From Octopus sinensis (Eukaryota): 64,000 nt of DNA. The notes below the pieces were generated by a model. The model was not told the DNA's origin and did not search any database. It worked only from the letters and a program-made list of their open reading frames with translations. The DNA lies in NCBI RefSeq assembly GCF_006345805.1, contig NW_021836145.1, forward strand, positions 33,772-97,771, read 5' to 3'. The translations under genes were made by a program, and so were the position numbers. Below, in pieces: positions 53,425 to 64,000 of this stretch. Each line of letters starts with the position of its first letter. Position 1 is the stretch's first letter.

Positions 53425-53875
53425 GCCTCACAGTACAAGTGCAAAATCTGCAGCACAAGTACCTTTGGTGATATGCTGTGCTTGAAAAAACCAGTCAAGC
53501 CAAGCGAAATTGTAGTCATGGCTGATATTGGTGTCATGTAACTAGCATGTAAAGAGCACCTTTTGAGCATTGGACCTCACAGAGGCAAAGTGGATGAGTT
53601 CCTTTCAAGTGTTGGGCCTCAGGGAGACAATCACTGAAACCTTTGGCATTATATTGTGCTTGAGAAGACCCCTCAATCCAAGCAAAATTAGTCATGGCAC
53701 ATACTGGTGTCACACAAGTGGCACATAAAAGCACACATTACACTCTCAGAGTAGTTGGCATTAGGAAGGGCATCCAGCTGTAGAAATCCATGCCAAATCA
53801 GACTGGTGTCTGGTGCAGCCTTCCAGCTTACCAGCCCTGGTCACACCATCCAATGGACGTTAAATGATGATGCTC
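53425..53875 (+). mobile_element. RTE-derived 3' element with duplicated ORF-end block and 42-bp unit
   Basis: 'cctttgg...tgtgcttga(a/g)aa' occurs twice (~53460 and ~53640), with the 42-bp unit between, then the RTE tail. Confidence 0.7.
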
Positions 53876-53930
53876 ATGATGTGTGTGTGTATGCATACAT
53901 ATACATATGCATGCATATTTGTATGAGTGT

Positions 53931-53970
<40 letters not shown>

Positions 53971-54044
53971 ACACATACACAAATTTAAACGCATATACAT
54001 ATATATTAGTTTTAAATTTTAATATAAGGCCATTGATAAACATA

Positions 54045-54230
54045 CATATGTAGCTGGTGCCAAGTAAAAAAGCACCCAGTACACTGTGAAGAGTGATTGG
54101 CATTAGGAAGGGCATCCAGCTGTAGAAACCATGTTGAATATGGCAGTAGAGGCCTTAGCACAGCCCTCTGGCATGCTGGTTCTTGTCAAGCCATTCAACT
54201 TATGGTGTTTGATGACTATGATGATGATGC
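54045..54230 (+). mobile_element. RTE 3' tail, degenerate
   Basis: 'aaaagcacccagtacactgtg...gattggcattaggaagggcatccagctgtagaaacc...gatgactatgatgatgatg'. Confidence 0.75.
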
Positions 54231-54282
54231 ATACAAATATACATAAATATATATGTATCTATATTGCATTTACGTGTGTGTG

Positions 54283-54317
<35 letters not shown>

Positions 54318-54459
54318 ATATATATATATATATTATAGAAGGAGCTTCTAATGAAACAGTTCTAGTCCTGTAGAAGCTCCTTCTATAAAATAAATTAATT
54401 TACTCTGCTATGTATTGAGTACCTTATTTACTGTGGTTAACCCCGACTCAACCCGGGAC

Positions 54460-54464
54460 CTACA

Positions 54465-54515
<51 letters not shown>

Positions 54516-54594
54516 TACATATATATATATACATATACATACATACATACATATATATATATATACATATATATACATATATACATATATACAT

Positions 54595-54659
<65 letters not shown>

Positions 54660-54695
54660 TATACACACACACACACACACAAACATGTATATATA
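54460..54695. repeat. (TA)n/(TACA)n/(CA)n compound microsatellite
   Basis: Directly visible. Confidence 0.95.
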
Positions 54696-55084
54696 AACAT
54701 ATAGAGACACACACTTCTTTCTGCAGCTAATTGAAATTGTATGCAAAGATAAAAAATGTGTTACAAAGAAAGCCAACATGTAAGAACATTTTGGTGACAC
54801 ATCCTTTTTAATCAAACTCTAACCAATGTAGCGGTGAAAATTAATCAGGCTTGAAAATGCAGAAGATATTTTGTGATGTTGCATTCTTTGTAGAAAACAG
54901 AAATCCTTGAAAAAGAACACTGAACTGCACTGAAAATTATCATTTCATTTATATTTTCTTTGTTTTCTTGAACTAGTATCCATCTTGTTTTTTCTTGTAA
55001 CGTTAGCAACAACTATTACTACTACTTTTTCTTACATCACAACTATTGCCAGAATGAAGGACATGAAATTTGTTAACACTGCTA

Positions 55085-55330
55085 TCATCATCATCATCAT
55101 CGTTTAACGTCCACTTTCCATGCTAGCATGGGTTGGACGATTTTGACTGAGGGCTGGCGAACCAGATGGCTGCACCAGGCTCCAATCTTGATCTGGCAGA
55201 GTTTCTACAACTGGATGCCCTTCCTAACGCCAACCACTCCGAGAGTGTAGTGGGCGCTTTTCACGTGCCAGCGGCACGGGGCCAGTCAGGCGGTACTGGC
55301 AACGACCTCGCTCGAATCGTTTTACACATG
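55085..55330 (-). mobile_element. RTE 3' tail, young variant
   Basis: (CAT)n plus 'cgtttaacgtccactttccatgctagcatgggttggacg...ggatgcccttcctaacgccaaccactccgagagtgtagtggg'. The variant middle is shared with the 56521 RTE. Confidence 0.9.
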
Positions 55331-55640
55331 CCCATAGAAGATAAACACACTTGTACATTTCTACGCACACACACACACACACACATTTATACTGTGGATG
55401 TATTTATTACATGGATACAGCTAGAAAGTCAGGCCTTGTATTCCAGAAGTGGCAAACAGAGGAAATGAGCAAAAACAACTTGGGAGCCACTCTGGGTGTC
55501 AATACAGACAGTCTGCATAAACTTTTCAAGAAGACCTTCTGACCAAAGATTTTAAATGATTTCCAAGAGCCCTTACTTTGGAAGTACGACAGACAGTGAT
55601 GAATTTTGCATTTATGAGTAATTATTTCAACTTTAATGAA

Positions 55641-55747
55641 AACATACTATATATTTGTATGTTTATCAATGGCCTATGCTGAAACATACTATATATGGCC
55701 TATACTAAAGCATACTATATATTAGTATGTTTACCAATGGCCTATAC
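55641..55747. repeat. ~42-bp minisatellite, three units (middle one deleted), each full unit with an internal hairpin
   Basis: Unit 'aaacatactatatatttgtatgtttatcaatggcctatgctg', in which AAACATAC/GTATGTTT are inverted. Confidence 0.7.
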
Positions 55748-56520
55748 ACACACATATGTGTACATCTACAGGCACATATATACCTATGGAAATATTTTCC
55801 ATTAATGCATTTGAAGATTTCACCTTTTCTGCCTTCACTATTTAGTATACACAACGAACAGAAAATATGAAACTTGAATGCAAGGTAAAAATATGAATGG
55901 ATCTTTTCTGGTGGTAACAACTTCAACTAAAATTGATACAGAGGATTGAGCAGAAAGTAGTCTCTTTCCCTTCAATTCTACATAAAATCACATGACACAT
56001 TTCTCCTTTGCTAAATACAAGTACTAAATTCCTGATTAGTACTAGCATATATAGTATTGTAATGCACTGGATCAAGCTTCCCACAGCACTATTTGATCAG
56101 ATATTTTTTTCCATTTAAAATTATAGGTCTGCCATTTCAAATAATTGGGGATGGAATTAATGCCCAAGTGCAAAACCATATGTATGCCAGCAAAAGAACC
56201 ACTTGTAAGATATAATAAATGTTATATTTTGGCTTTAAGAGAGCTTATTTAAGAGAATCTAACAATTTCAGGATAGTTTCCTTACATGAGAAAGATCTAA
56301 AGAAGTAAAAGCAGAAAGATTCTAGGACTTCTCTTGCATCAAAGTAAATGCATTGCAGAATATACCATTAAAACCAAAACATCAATGAAAGCTAATTCAC
56401 TCTCATGCCTTTCATATTAAAAATATTTAACCTTTTCATAACCATATTTCAAATATGATGCTGTGTTATATAATATTAATTTCAAAAATATAAAAACATG
56501 CAAGTGAAATGAATACACTG

Positions 56521-58500
56521 TACTAAGAGTAATCATCATCATCGTCATCGTTTAACGTCTGTTTTCCATGCTGGCATGGGTTGGATGGTTTGACAGAGGG
56601 CTGGCAAACCAGATGGCTGAATTGAGCTTCAATCTAATCTGGCAAAGTTTCTACAGCTGGATGCCCTTCCTAATGCCAACCACTCCAACATTGTAGTGGG
56701 TACTTTTTACATGCCATCGGCATAAGGGCCAGTCAGGTGGTGCTGGCATCGACCATGCTCAAATGGTGCTTTTTACGTGCCACTGGCATGTGACTAGTCA
56801 GCCAGCACTGGCATCGACCACACTTGAATGGTGCTTTTTACATGCCACCGGCACAGGAGCAAGCCAGTCAGGCGGCACTGGCAACAATCATGCTCAAATG
56901 GTGCTTTTTACGCGCCACTGGCATGGATGCCAATCAGGTGGTACTGTCATAGGCCATGACAATGACTTCCTTTCCTTCAAGTGCAGTTTATTGCCCAATG
57001 ATTGAAGGGTACTCTTAAATGGGCTGGTTATGCTGACCTGGCAAAGGACACGGTTACGGTCTCACTTGGCTTGCTGGATCTTCTCAAGCACAGCATATCT
57101 CCAAAGGTCTTAGTCACTTGTCATTGCCACGGTGAGGCCCAACATTCAAAGGTCATGCTGCACCACCTCATCCCATGTCTTCCTGAGTCTACCTCTTCCC
57201 CAGGTTCCCTCACTTTTTCACACCTGTCTTCATCCATGTGCAACACATGACCATACCAGCACAGTCGTCTCTCTTGCACACCACATCTGATGCTTCTTAT
57301 GCCCAACTTTTCTCTTAGGGCACTCACACTCAGTTGTGTATGCACACTGACATTACACATCCAGCAGAGCATACTAGCTTCATTCCTTGCAAGATTACGC
57401 ATGTCCTCATCAGTCATGGCCCATGTTTCACTGCCATGTAGCATGGCTGTTTGCACACATGCATCATACAGTCTACCTTTTACTCTGAACAAGAGGCCAA
57501 TTGTCACCAGCAGAGGTAGGAGCTCTCTGAACTTTGCCCAGGCTATTCTTATTCTAGCAGCTACACTTTCAGAGCATCCACCCCCAACTACTGACTTGGT
57601 CACCTAGATAATGGAAGATTTCAACTACTTGTAGTTTTCCCCCCACTACAATGTGACAGAAGCTGTTTTCTGTACATTTTAGTGTTTATTGCCCCTGAGC
57701 ATTTACCACACACAACAACTATCATCCCAGTAAGCCTTCCTTTGATATTGCTGCACCTCGTATGTGTCCATAGCTTACACTCAGTACATCTTATGTAGTT
57801 TCTACTTATGCCTTTTCTACAGATGGAGCAGGGCCAACTACCTGAAGGGATTTGTGGTTTGTCTGTCTTCCTACTTATTAAGACCTTGGTTTTTTATTAG
57901 AATGACTCTAAGAACCTTCAATTCTAGACCTTGCTTTCACACCTGAAACTTCTCTAGTTCTGATAGTGACTCAGCTATTAAAGCAAGGTCATCAGTCTAG
58001 AGAAGCTACCAGGCAAATCATGATGAATAAGATGGGGCTGAGGACTGATCCTTGGTGGACCCCTACCTGGAATTTTTCAGTGTACTTGTTGCCAACCCTC
58101 ACCTTATAGACAGTATCCCTGTACACGGTTTGTACAGCTCTCACTAACCATTCATCTATCCCCAGATTCCGCATTGACCACCAAATAAGGGATCAGGGAA
58201 CCCTGTCAAAAGCTTTTTACCTGTCAACAAAAGCCAAGTACAGAGGTTTATCTTTGGCAAGGTATTTTTCCTGCAGCTGTCTAACCATTAATATAGCATC
58301 AGTGGTGCTCTTCCCTGGCACAAACCCAAACTGCATCTCGTCTTGACTGACTCACTCCCTAATTAGTTGGGCTATGACTCTCTCCATGACTTTCATCACC
58401 TGATCCAACAACTTGATACTTCTGTAATTATTCATATCTAATACATAAAATATCCCCTTTACCTTGTAGCAGTTGACTATGGTGCATTTATTATTGCTAC
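56521..58500 (-). mobile_element. 5'-truncated RTE LINE (RT domain, C-terminus, 3' UTR with subrepeats, (GAT)n tail); ORF disrupted
   Basis: Minus frames read NNYRSIKLLDQVMKVMERV, QFGFVPGKSTTDAI, AFVD-KAFDRVP, GVHQGSVLSPILF, DDLALIAES, RIRIAWAKFRELLPLL, MLHGSETW and RRLCWYGHV. There are four to five ~65-bp subrepeats at 56690-56960. Confidence 0.92.
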
Positions 58501-59784
58501 CATTGTTCAGAGAGATATATCATTCAAAGGGAGAGTACACTAATTTTAATCCTCTTACCCCTCTTTTCTTATGAGGTCTACCTCATCAATATTACTGTTC
58601 TGTATGGAATCTTCCAATGAATCTTCCAATGAACGTCAGAATCTTGTAGATTTTAATAAACGCACACATATACATGTATATTTACCAGTGACTGAAATAG
58701 TGTATGTGTGCATCTCTGTGCATGAGTGCATATGTGAGTAGATGTGTACATGCACATACACATTTATATAATGCATAAAATGACATTAGGCATGTAAACA
58801 CTGCTTTGTGAAAAAAAAAGTCAATACATTTGCTAACTGAATTCTTCCTGTAATACTATTTAAATAATATTGTTTGTCCTATAATAAATTGGCTTTATCA
58901 CAATAGATAAACATTGGATCTTAATTACTGTTATATTAAGAATCTACTAATTTAATATTTTTGTTTTTCTAATTGTTAATACTGTCTCCATAAAAGTTAT
59001 TCAATCATAACTATCATCTGCTCCTTCTCATTTACATTTTAAGCCACGTATATAACAGAGACCACTGTTAATCTGAGGAGCCTTCAAAAAATCTGCTTAA
59101 CTGATTTATTTTAAGGTAGCTTACCAAACATGACAGCAGCAACCACAAAACAATAGCAACAGCAGTAATGATGATGATGATGAAAATACCAATTAGACTG
59201 GACCATTTCCAATGAAAAAAAAGAAAGATAATTCACTGTCTTTATTCTTTATTTTTTTATTTTTTTTTTTATTTTGAATAAAGATTGCCTTTTGTTTCTT
59301 TGTTACTAGGTCAGGATATTTTAGAGAATAAAACTATTGATTTCTTCTAAATGAGAAGAACATTTACTTCCAACAATACACTGAAGGAAATACCAGCCAA
59401 ATAACATTTCCACTTAGATAGTAAAAGATTATTTAACTCTTTGAATTCTAATTTTTTGAAAACATTTTCTTTTCTTTCTTTTGTATTTTCAAACTAAAAT
59501 TTTAGATATTTATAATGCAGTCAAAAATAATTGGGTGTTGAAGATCAATCACACTTGTAACTAAGCTATAGACATCTATAAATAAGCATAATAACCAATT
59601 AAACATTATTATTTGGTTAGGTTTTTTTTTATTTTGTAGAAGATAAGACTATAAGAGATAACCAAGTCTCCAAGGAATAGAAACATTGACTAGCAGAAAG
59701 CTATAGCAAGAAACTAGACATAAGGTTTACTTAAATAGATGAAAAGCAGAGAGCAAAATGTTTGCTAGTATATGTTATTTAAAA

Positions 59785-60773
59785 TATGAGGGGAAGTCAA
59801 AAATTATCGGCACTTTTACCATAACATATCTTTATTATTATCACACTGCCTTTGGTGTAAGTGTGCTTACAGTTGGTACTACCATAGTGACATGATCAAA
59901 TTTTGAGTCTAATCATGCCATTTTTCTTTCTAGCTTTACAGTGTAACGTGAACAAGCAATGTGCACCAAAGAAGATCAAAGAACAGTGATTTGATTTCAC
60001 TGGTAGGAAGGAGTGTCAGGTGCTGAAAACCATGAGAGACACAATTGGTTAATAGTTTGAACAGTCTGTGTGTGGGCATGCATTGTCATGCAGCAATAAA
60101 ACTTTCTTTGACAACAGGCTTTGCTGTTTGTTGTGAATTGCTGGCTTCAGTTTGTTGGCCAGCAAAGCACTGTATTTTGCATTGTTGGTTGTACAGCCCT
60201 TTTCCAGGTAGTCTTCCAGTATAGGCCATTTTGAGTCCCAAAAAAGGGTTAGCATCATCTTTCCCATAGAAGACTGAGTCTTGAATTTTTTCATCACTGA
60301 CAAGCCAAGATGTTTCTTACTCCATTCTCTGTCTTTTGGATTTTGCCTTATAATGATGGACCCATGTTTCATCTCCTATGATTATTCTGCTCACAAATTC
60401 CCCACCCTCATTGTAGTAGTGATCAAGCAAATGTTGACAGGCTTCAAAACATTTGCACTTGTGCTCTGCAGCAAGCTCTCTTGGCACCCATCTTACTCAG
60501 ATTTTATGGAAGCTGAGCTCATTGAGGATGATTTTCAGCACCTGACACACCTTTCAACCAGAGAAATCAGATCACTGCTCTTTGTTCTTCTTTGGTGGAC
60601 ATTTCTAGTGGAGCGGTCATGCTTACACTGTAAAGCCAGAAAGAAAAATGGCGCCATTATGCTCAAACTTGAATCACATGACCACATATAAGCACGCATG
60701 TGCAGAAGGCAGTGTGGGCATAATAAAGATATGTTACAGCAAAAGTGCAAATAATGTTTGACTTCTCCTTGTA
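59785..60773 (-). mobile_element. Mariner-derived element with ~250-bp inverted arms and partial transposase
   Basis: TIR 'tatgaggggaagtcaaaaattat' versus reverse complement 'tacaaggagaagtcaaacattat'. The minus strand reads MTAPLEMSTKEEQRAVI, VRWVPREL, IIIGDETWVHHY, KKFKTQSSMGKMMLTLFWD and LLHDNACPH. Confidence 0.9.
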
Positions 60774-61659
60774 TATAAAAATGAATGAAATTGTTTAAGT
60801 TGCAAAACAGATTCATTTTTTTTACTATAGAAATGCGGATGTTCTTGCAATAAAATACTATGAGTATAATGTAGGTGAGCATTAAAAAAAGACCTGGAAA
60901 TATCACTTCAAGAAACAGATAAGGAATAGCATTATGAGACCCTATTTCTGGTTTAATAGACATAGGAATCAGTTGTAAGTATTATGATCAGTATTGAGAG
61001 AGAGCAACTGTATTTTTAAAAAAATACAAGGAATGATGCAGATTTGTGAGGAATATTTATAAAAAGTCTGAAAGTATCTGTTTGTTATGATGCTTCACAT
61101 GGGTGATCAGTTTGTGCATGTGGCTGTTATCTCTAAAATCTGGGTTAGTTGCAACATTATCGATAGCTACAAAAGTAGAAAAGATGCAAAAGAGATGACA
61201 AAAGCCTAAGAGCTTAAAACATAAATGGTAGAGTTATATAAAACGTAAAATAAAACTGAGTTAAGTTAGTAAAAATACAGTTGAGTTTGTAGCAAGAAGC
61301 TAAATCACAAATGCCATACAACCAAGTAGAAAATTTATACAAAATTGCATGAACTGACCAGTAGAAGGCTTCTAACAGAGTCCTATGCACTGCAGTCTGC
61401 TAATCACTGAGAACGTTAGGTATAGATTAATGGCTCATGAGTATTTCTAGTTAGGTGCTATCAAATTGGCATGGATGCCAAAAAAGTAATAGATACCCAC
61501 CAAAAGTACACTAGAATCTATGGCTGTCTCACAGAGAACTATGATATTCCATGAGTCAAATGTATAGGGATTGTTAATATTAAATGCAACAATTGAAGAA
61601 AACTCATGTTCTACTCACATAGTTTACAGTAGCAGAAGCAGAATTCCGATTTCAAGTGA

Positions 61660-62059
61660 TACTCTTTTGCTTGTTTCAGTCATTTGACTGTGGCCATGCT
61701 GGAGCACCACCTTTAATCGAGCAACTCGACCCCAGGACTTATTCTTTTGTAAGTCCATTACTTATTCTATCGGTCTCTTTTGCCGAACCGCTAAGTGACG
61801 GGGACATAAACACTAAACACACCAGCATCGGTTGTCAAGCAATGCTAGGGGGACAAACACAGACACACAAACGCATATATATATATATATACATATATAC
61901 AACGGGCTTCTTTCAGTTTCCGTCTACCAAATCCACTCACAAGGCTTTGGTCGGCCCGAGGCTATAGTAGAAGACACTTGCCCAAGGTGCCATACAGTGG
62001 GACTGAACCCGGAACTATGTGGTTGGTAAACAAGCTACTTACCACACAGCCACTCCTGC
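61660..62059 (-). mobile_element. SINE family A, full length
   Basis: Near-identical to 5677-6097. Confidence 0.9.
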
Positions 62060-62285
62060 TTAGTTTACCTTCAAGTTACCTCAAGTTTAAGTATGATAAT
62101 TAAAGTAAAGGAAATGACATAATAAATTCTAATAGTTGTTATCATTGTTGGAAATATAAAATTTCTTTGTTCATACAAATAGCAAACTGTATAAAGAATA
62201 AGAGAAGACTGGCTGATGCTTCATGATTTCAGAAAATTTGTAAAGGCTACTAACAAATGAGCTGAATATGATACCTTAGCTATGT

Positions 62286-62671
62286 GGATGGAAGCACTCC
62301 GTCGGTTACGACGACGAGGGTTCTGGTTGATCTGATCAACGGAACAGCCTGCTCGTGAAATTAACGTGTAAGTGGCTGAGCATTCCACAGACACGTGTAC
62401 CCTTAACGTAGTTCTCGGGGATATTCAGCGTGACACAGAGAGTGACAAGGCCAGCCCTTTGAAATACAGGTACAACAGAAACAGGAAGTAAGAGCGAGAG
62501 AAAGTTGTGGTGAAAGAGTACAGCAGGGATCACCACCATCCTACTGCCGGAGCCACGTGGAGCTTTAGGTGTTTTCGCTCAATAAACACTCACAACGCCC
62601 GGTCCGGGAATCAAAACCGTGATCCTACGACCGCGAGTCCGCTGCCCTAACCACTGGGCGATTGCGCCTCC
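62286..62671 (-). mobile_element. tRNA-derived SINE family C, full length with 13-bp TSD
   Basis: The reverse-complement head is 'ggaggcgcaatcgcccagtggttagggcagcggactcgcggtcgtaggatcacggttttgattcccgg' (A/B boxes). The TSD 'accttagctatgt' lies at 62273-62285 and 62672-62684. Confidence 0.9.
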
Positions 62672-63254
62672 ACCTTAGCTATGTAATGTTATTTGCACAA
62701 AAGTCTGAACACAAGAGACCTAAGAAAGTGGCTGTGCATTAAAAGCTTTAGCTGATATGTGCATGACACATAGCTGCCTGGTGTTGACAAGTGATGTGAA
62801 TGCGTGACAGTTACGCAATAAGAAGTGACATAAGCTGAGTGTGAATGACAGATGCTACAAATGAAAACTGGAAGAAAAAAAAGAGAATGAAAGAGTTGAA
62901 TATGAGGATGATGGGACTCTTTGAAGAAATTATGCAAGTTCAAGAAAAACGAAACTATACTGTATTGCTATTCAATGTGACAAATGCCAAGCCTACAAAA
63001 GTGTGACAAAATAGAGTGAATTACTTAAACGTTTCTAATCAATGGTGTCTTTTACTTTGTGTGAATGTATGTGTAGAGAGGGGGTGGGGAATATATAGAC
63101 AATAAACATTATCTCTGCCAAAGCTAACTTCTAGAAAATTATCCATTTAGTATTGAGTCCTGTATAAGTAATAGATAATATCAGAAAGATGGGGGTAGAT
63201 ATGAAGATAGATAGTATTGGGAGGTATATCTAATTTGTTATTCTTTTCTTTTCC

Positions 63255-63654
63255 GTTTCTTTTACTTGTTTCAGTCATTTGACTGCGGCCATGCTGGAGC
63301 ACCGCCTTTAGTCAAGCAAATCGACCCCCGGGACTTATTCTTTGTAAGCCCAGTACTTATTCTATCGGTCTCTTTTGCCGAACCGCTAAGTGACGGAGAC
63401 GTAAACACACCAGCATCGGTTGTCAAGCAATGCTAGGGGGACAAACACAGACACACAAACATACACGCACATACATATATATATATACATACATACGACG
63501 GACTTCTTTCAGTTTCCATCTACCAAATCCACTCACAAGGAATTGGTCGGCCCAGGGCTATAGCAGAAGACACTTGCCCAAGATGCCACGCAGTGGGACT
63601 GAACCCGGAACCACGTGGTTGGTTAGCAAGCTACTTACCACACAGCCACTCCTG
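63255..63654 (-). mobile_element. SINE family A, full length
   Basis: Near-identical to 5677-6097. Confidence 0.9.
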
Positions 63655-63934
63655 TTATTATATAATTTTAGTAATATTTAATTCATATGTTTATTTTATT
63701 TTAATTATTGCATTATTTATTTATATAGTCTATTCAAGTTCTTTAGAAATAAAATCATGAGGTAGATTCAGGGGTTGGGGGTTCAGTAGTTCACTGTACT
63801 AAATGTAAAATTACTTTGGTGCATACATATTACTCCTCGTTCATCATATATGTTTAGTAACATCTCTAGACTGTAGTAGTTTCATAAATTCAGTTATGCA
63901 TAATAAACACATTTTATTCCCAATATTTTACTAC

Positions 63935-64000
63935 ACTCGTGGAGTGGTTGGCGTTAAGAAGGGCATCCAGCTGTAGAAACACTGCCAGATCAGACTGGAG
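63935..64000 (+). mobile_element. RTE 3' tail (runs off the window end)
   Basis: 'ctacactcgtggagtggttggcgttaagaagggcatccagctgtagaaacactgccagatcagactgg'. Confidence 0.85.

Noticed and set aside
62600-62671. tRNA gene
   Set aside because: This is a tRNA-like SINE head without a complete cloverleaf or terminator. It continues into the SINE body and is bounded by TSDs.

Overview
This is very AT-rich, repeat-saturated eukaryotic DNA, most likely an intron or intergenic region of an Octopus genome. That assignment is inferred from the SINE/LINE families and the extreme (TA)n/(CA)n microsatellite density, not from a database match. I cannot support any host protein-coding gene. Nearly every ORF in the track is microsatellite noise, antisense SINE translation or a decayed transposon frame, and several convincing-looking AG...GT 'exons' resolve into transposon relics on the opposite strand. 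The window holds three tRNA-derived SINE families, many 3' ends of one RTE LINE plus a 2-kb RTE copy, a CR1/Jockey-type LINE, RLE-type (R4/Dong-like) LINE fragments, mariner and hAT relics, MITE/foldback elements, and a Helentron-like element containing a Gypsy integrase fragment. The most interesting items are unusual element architectures. These are a mariner with two left ends, long foldbacks in (TA)n, 42-bp arrays amplified from the RTE ORF end, (TAA)n-flanked RLE fragments and degenerate hammerhead-like motifs. I found no clear new biological system. All coordinates were read by eye, and boundaries of decayed elements are approximate.
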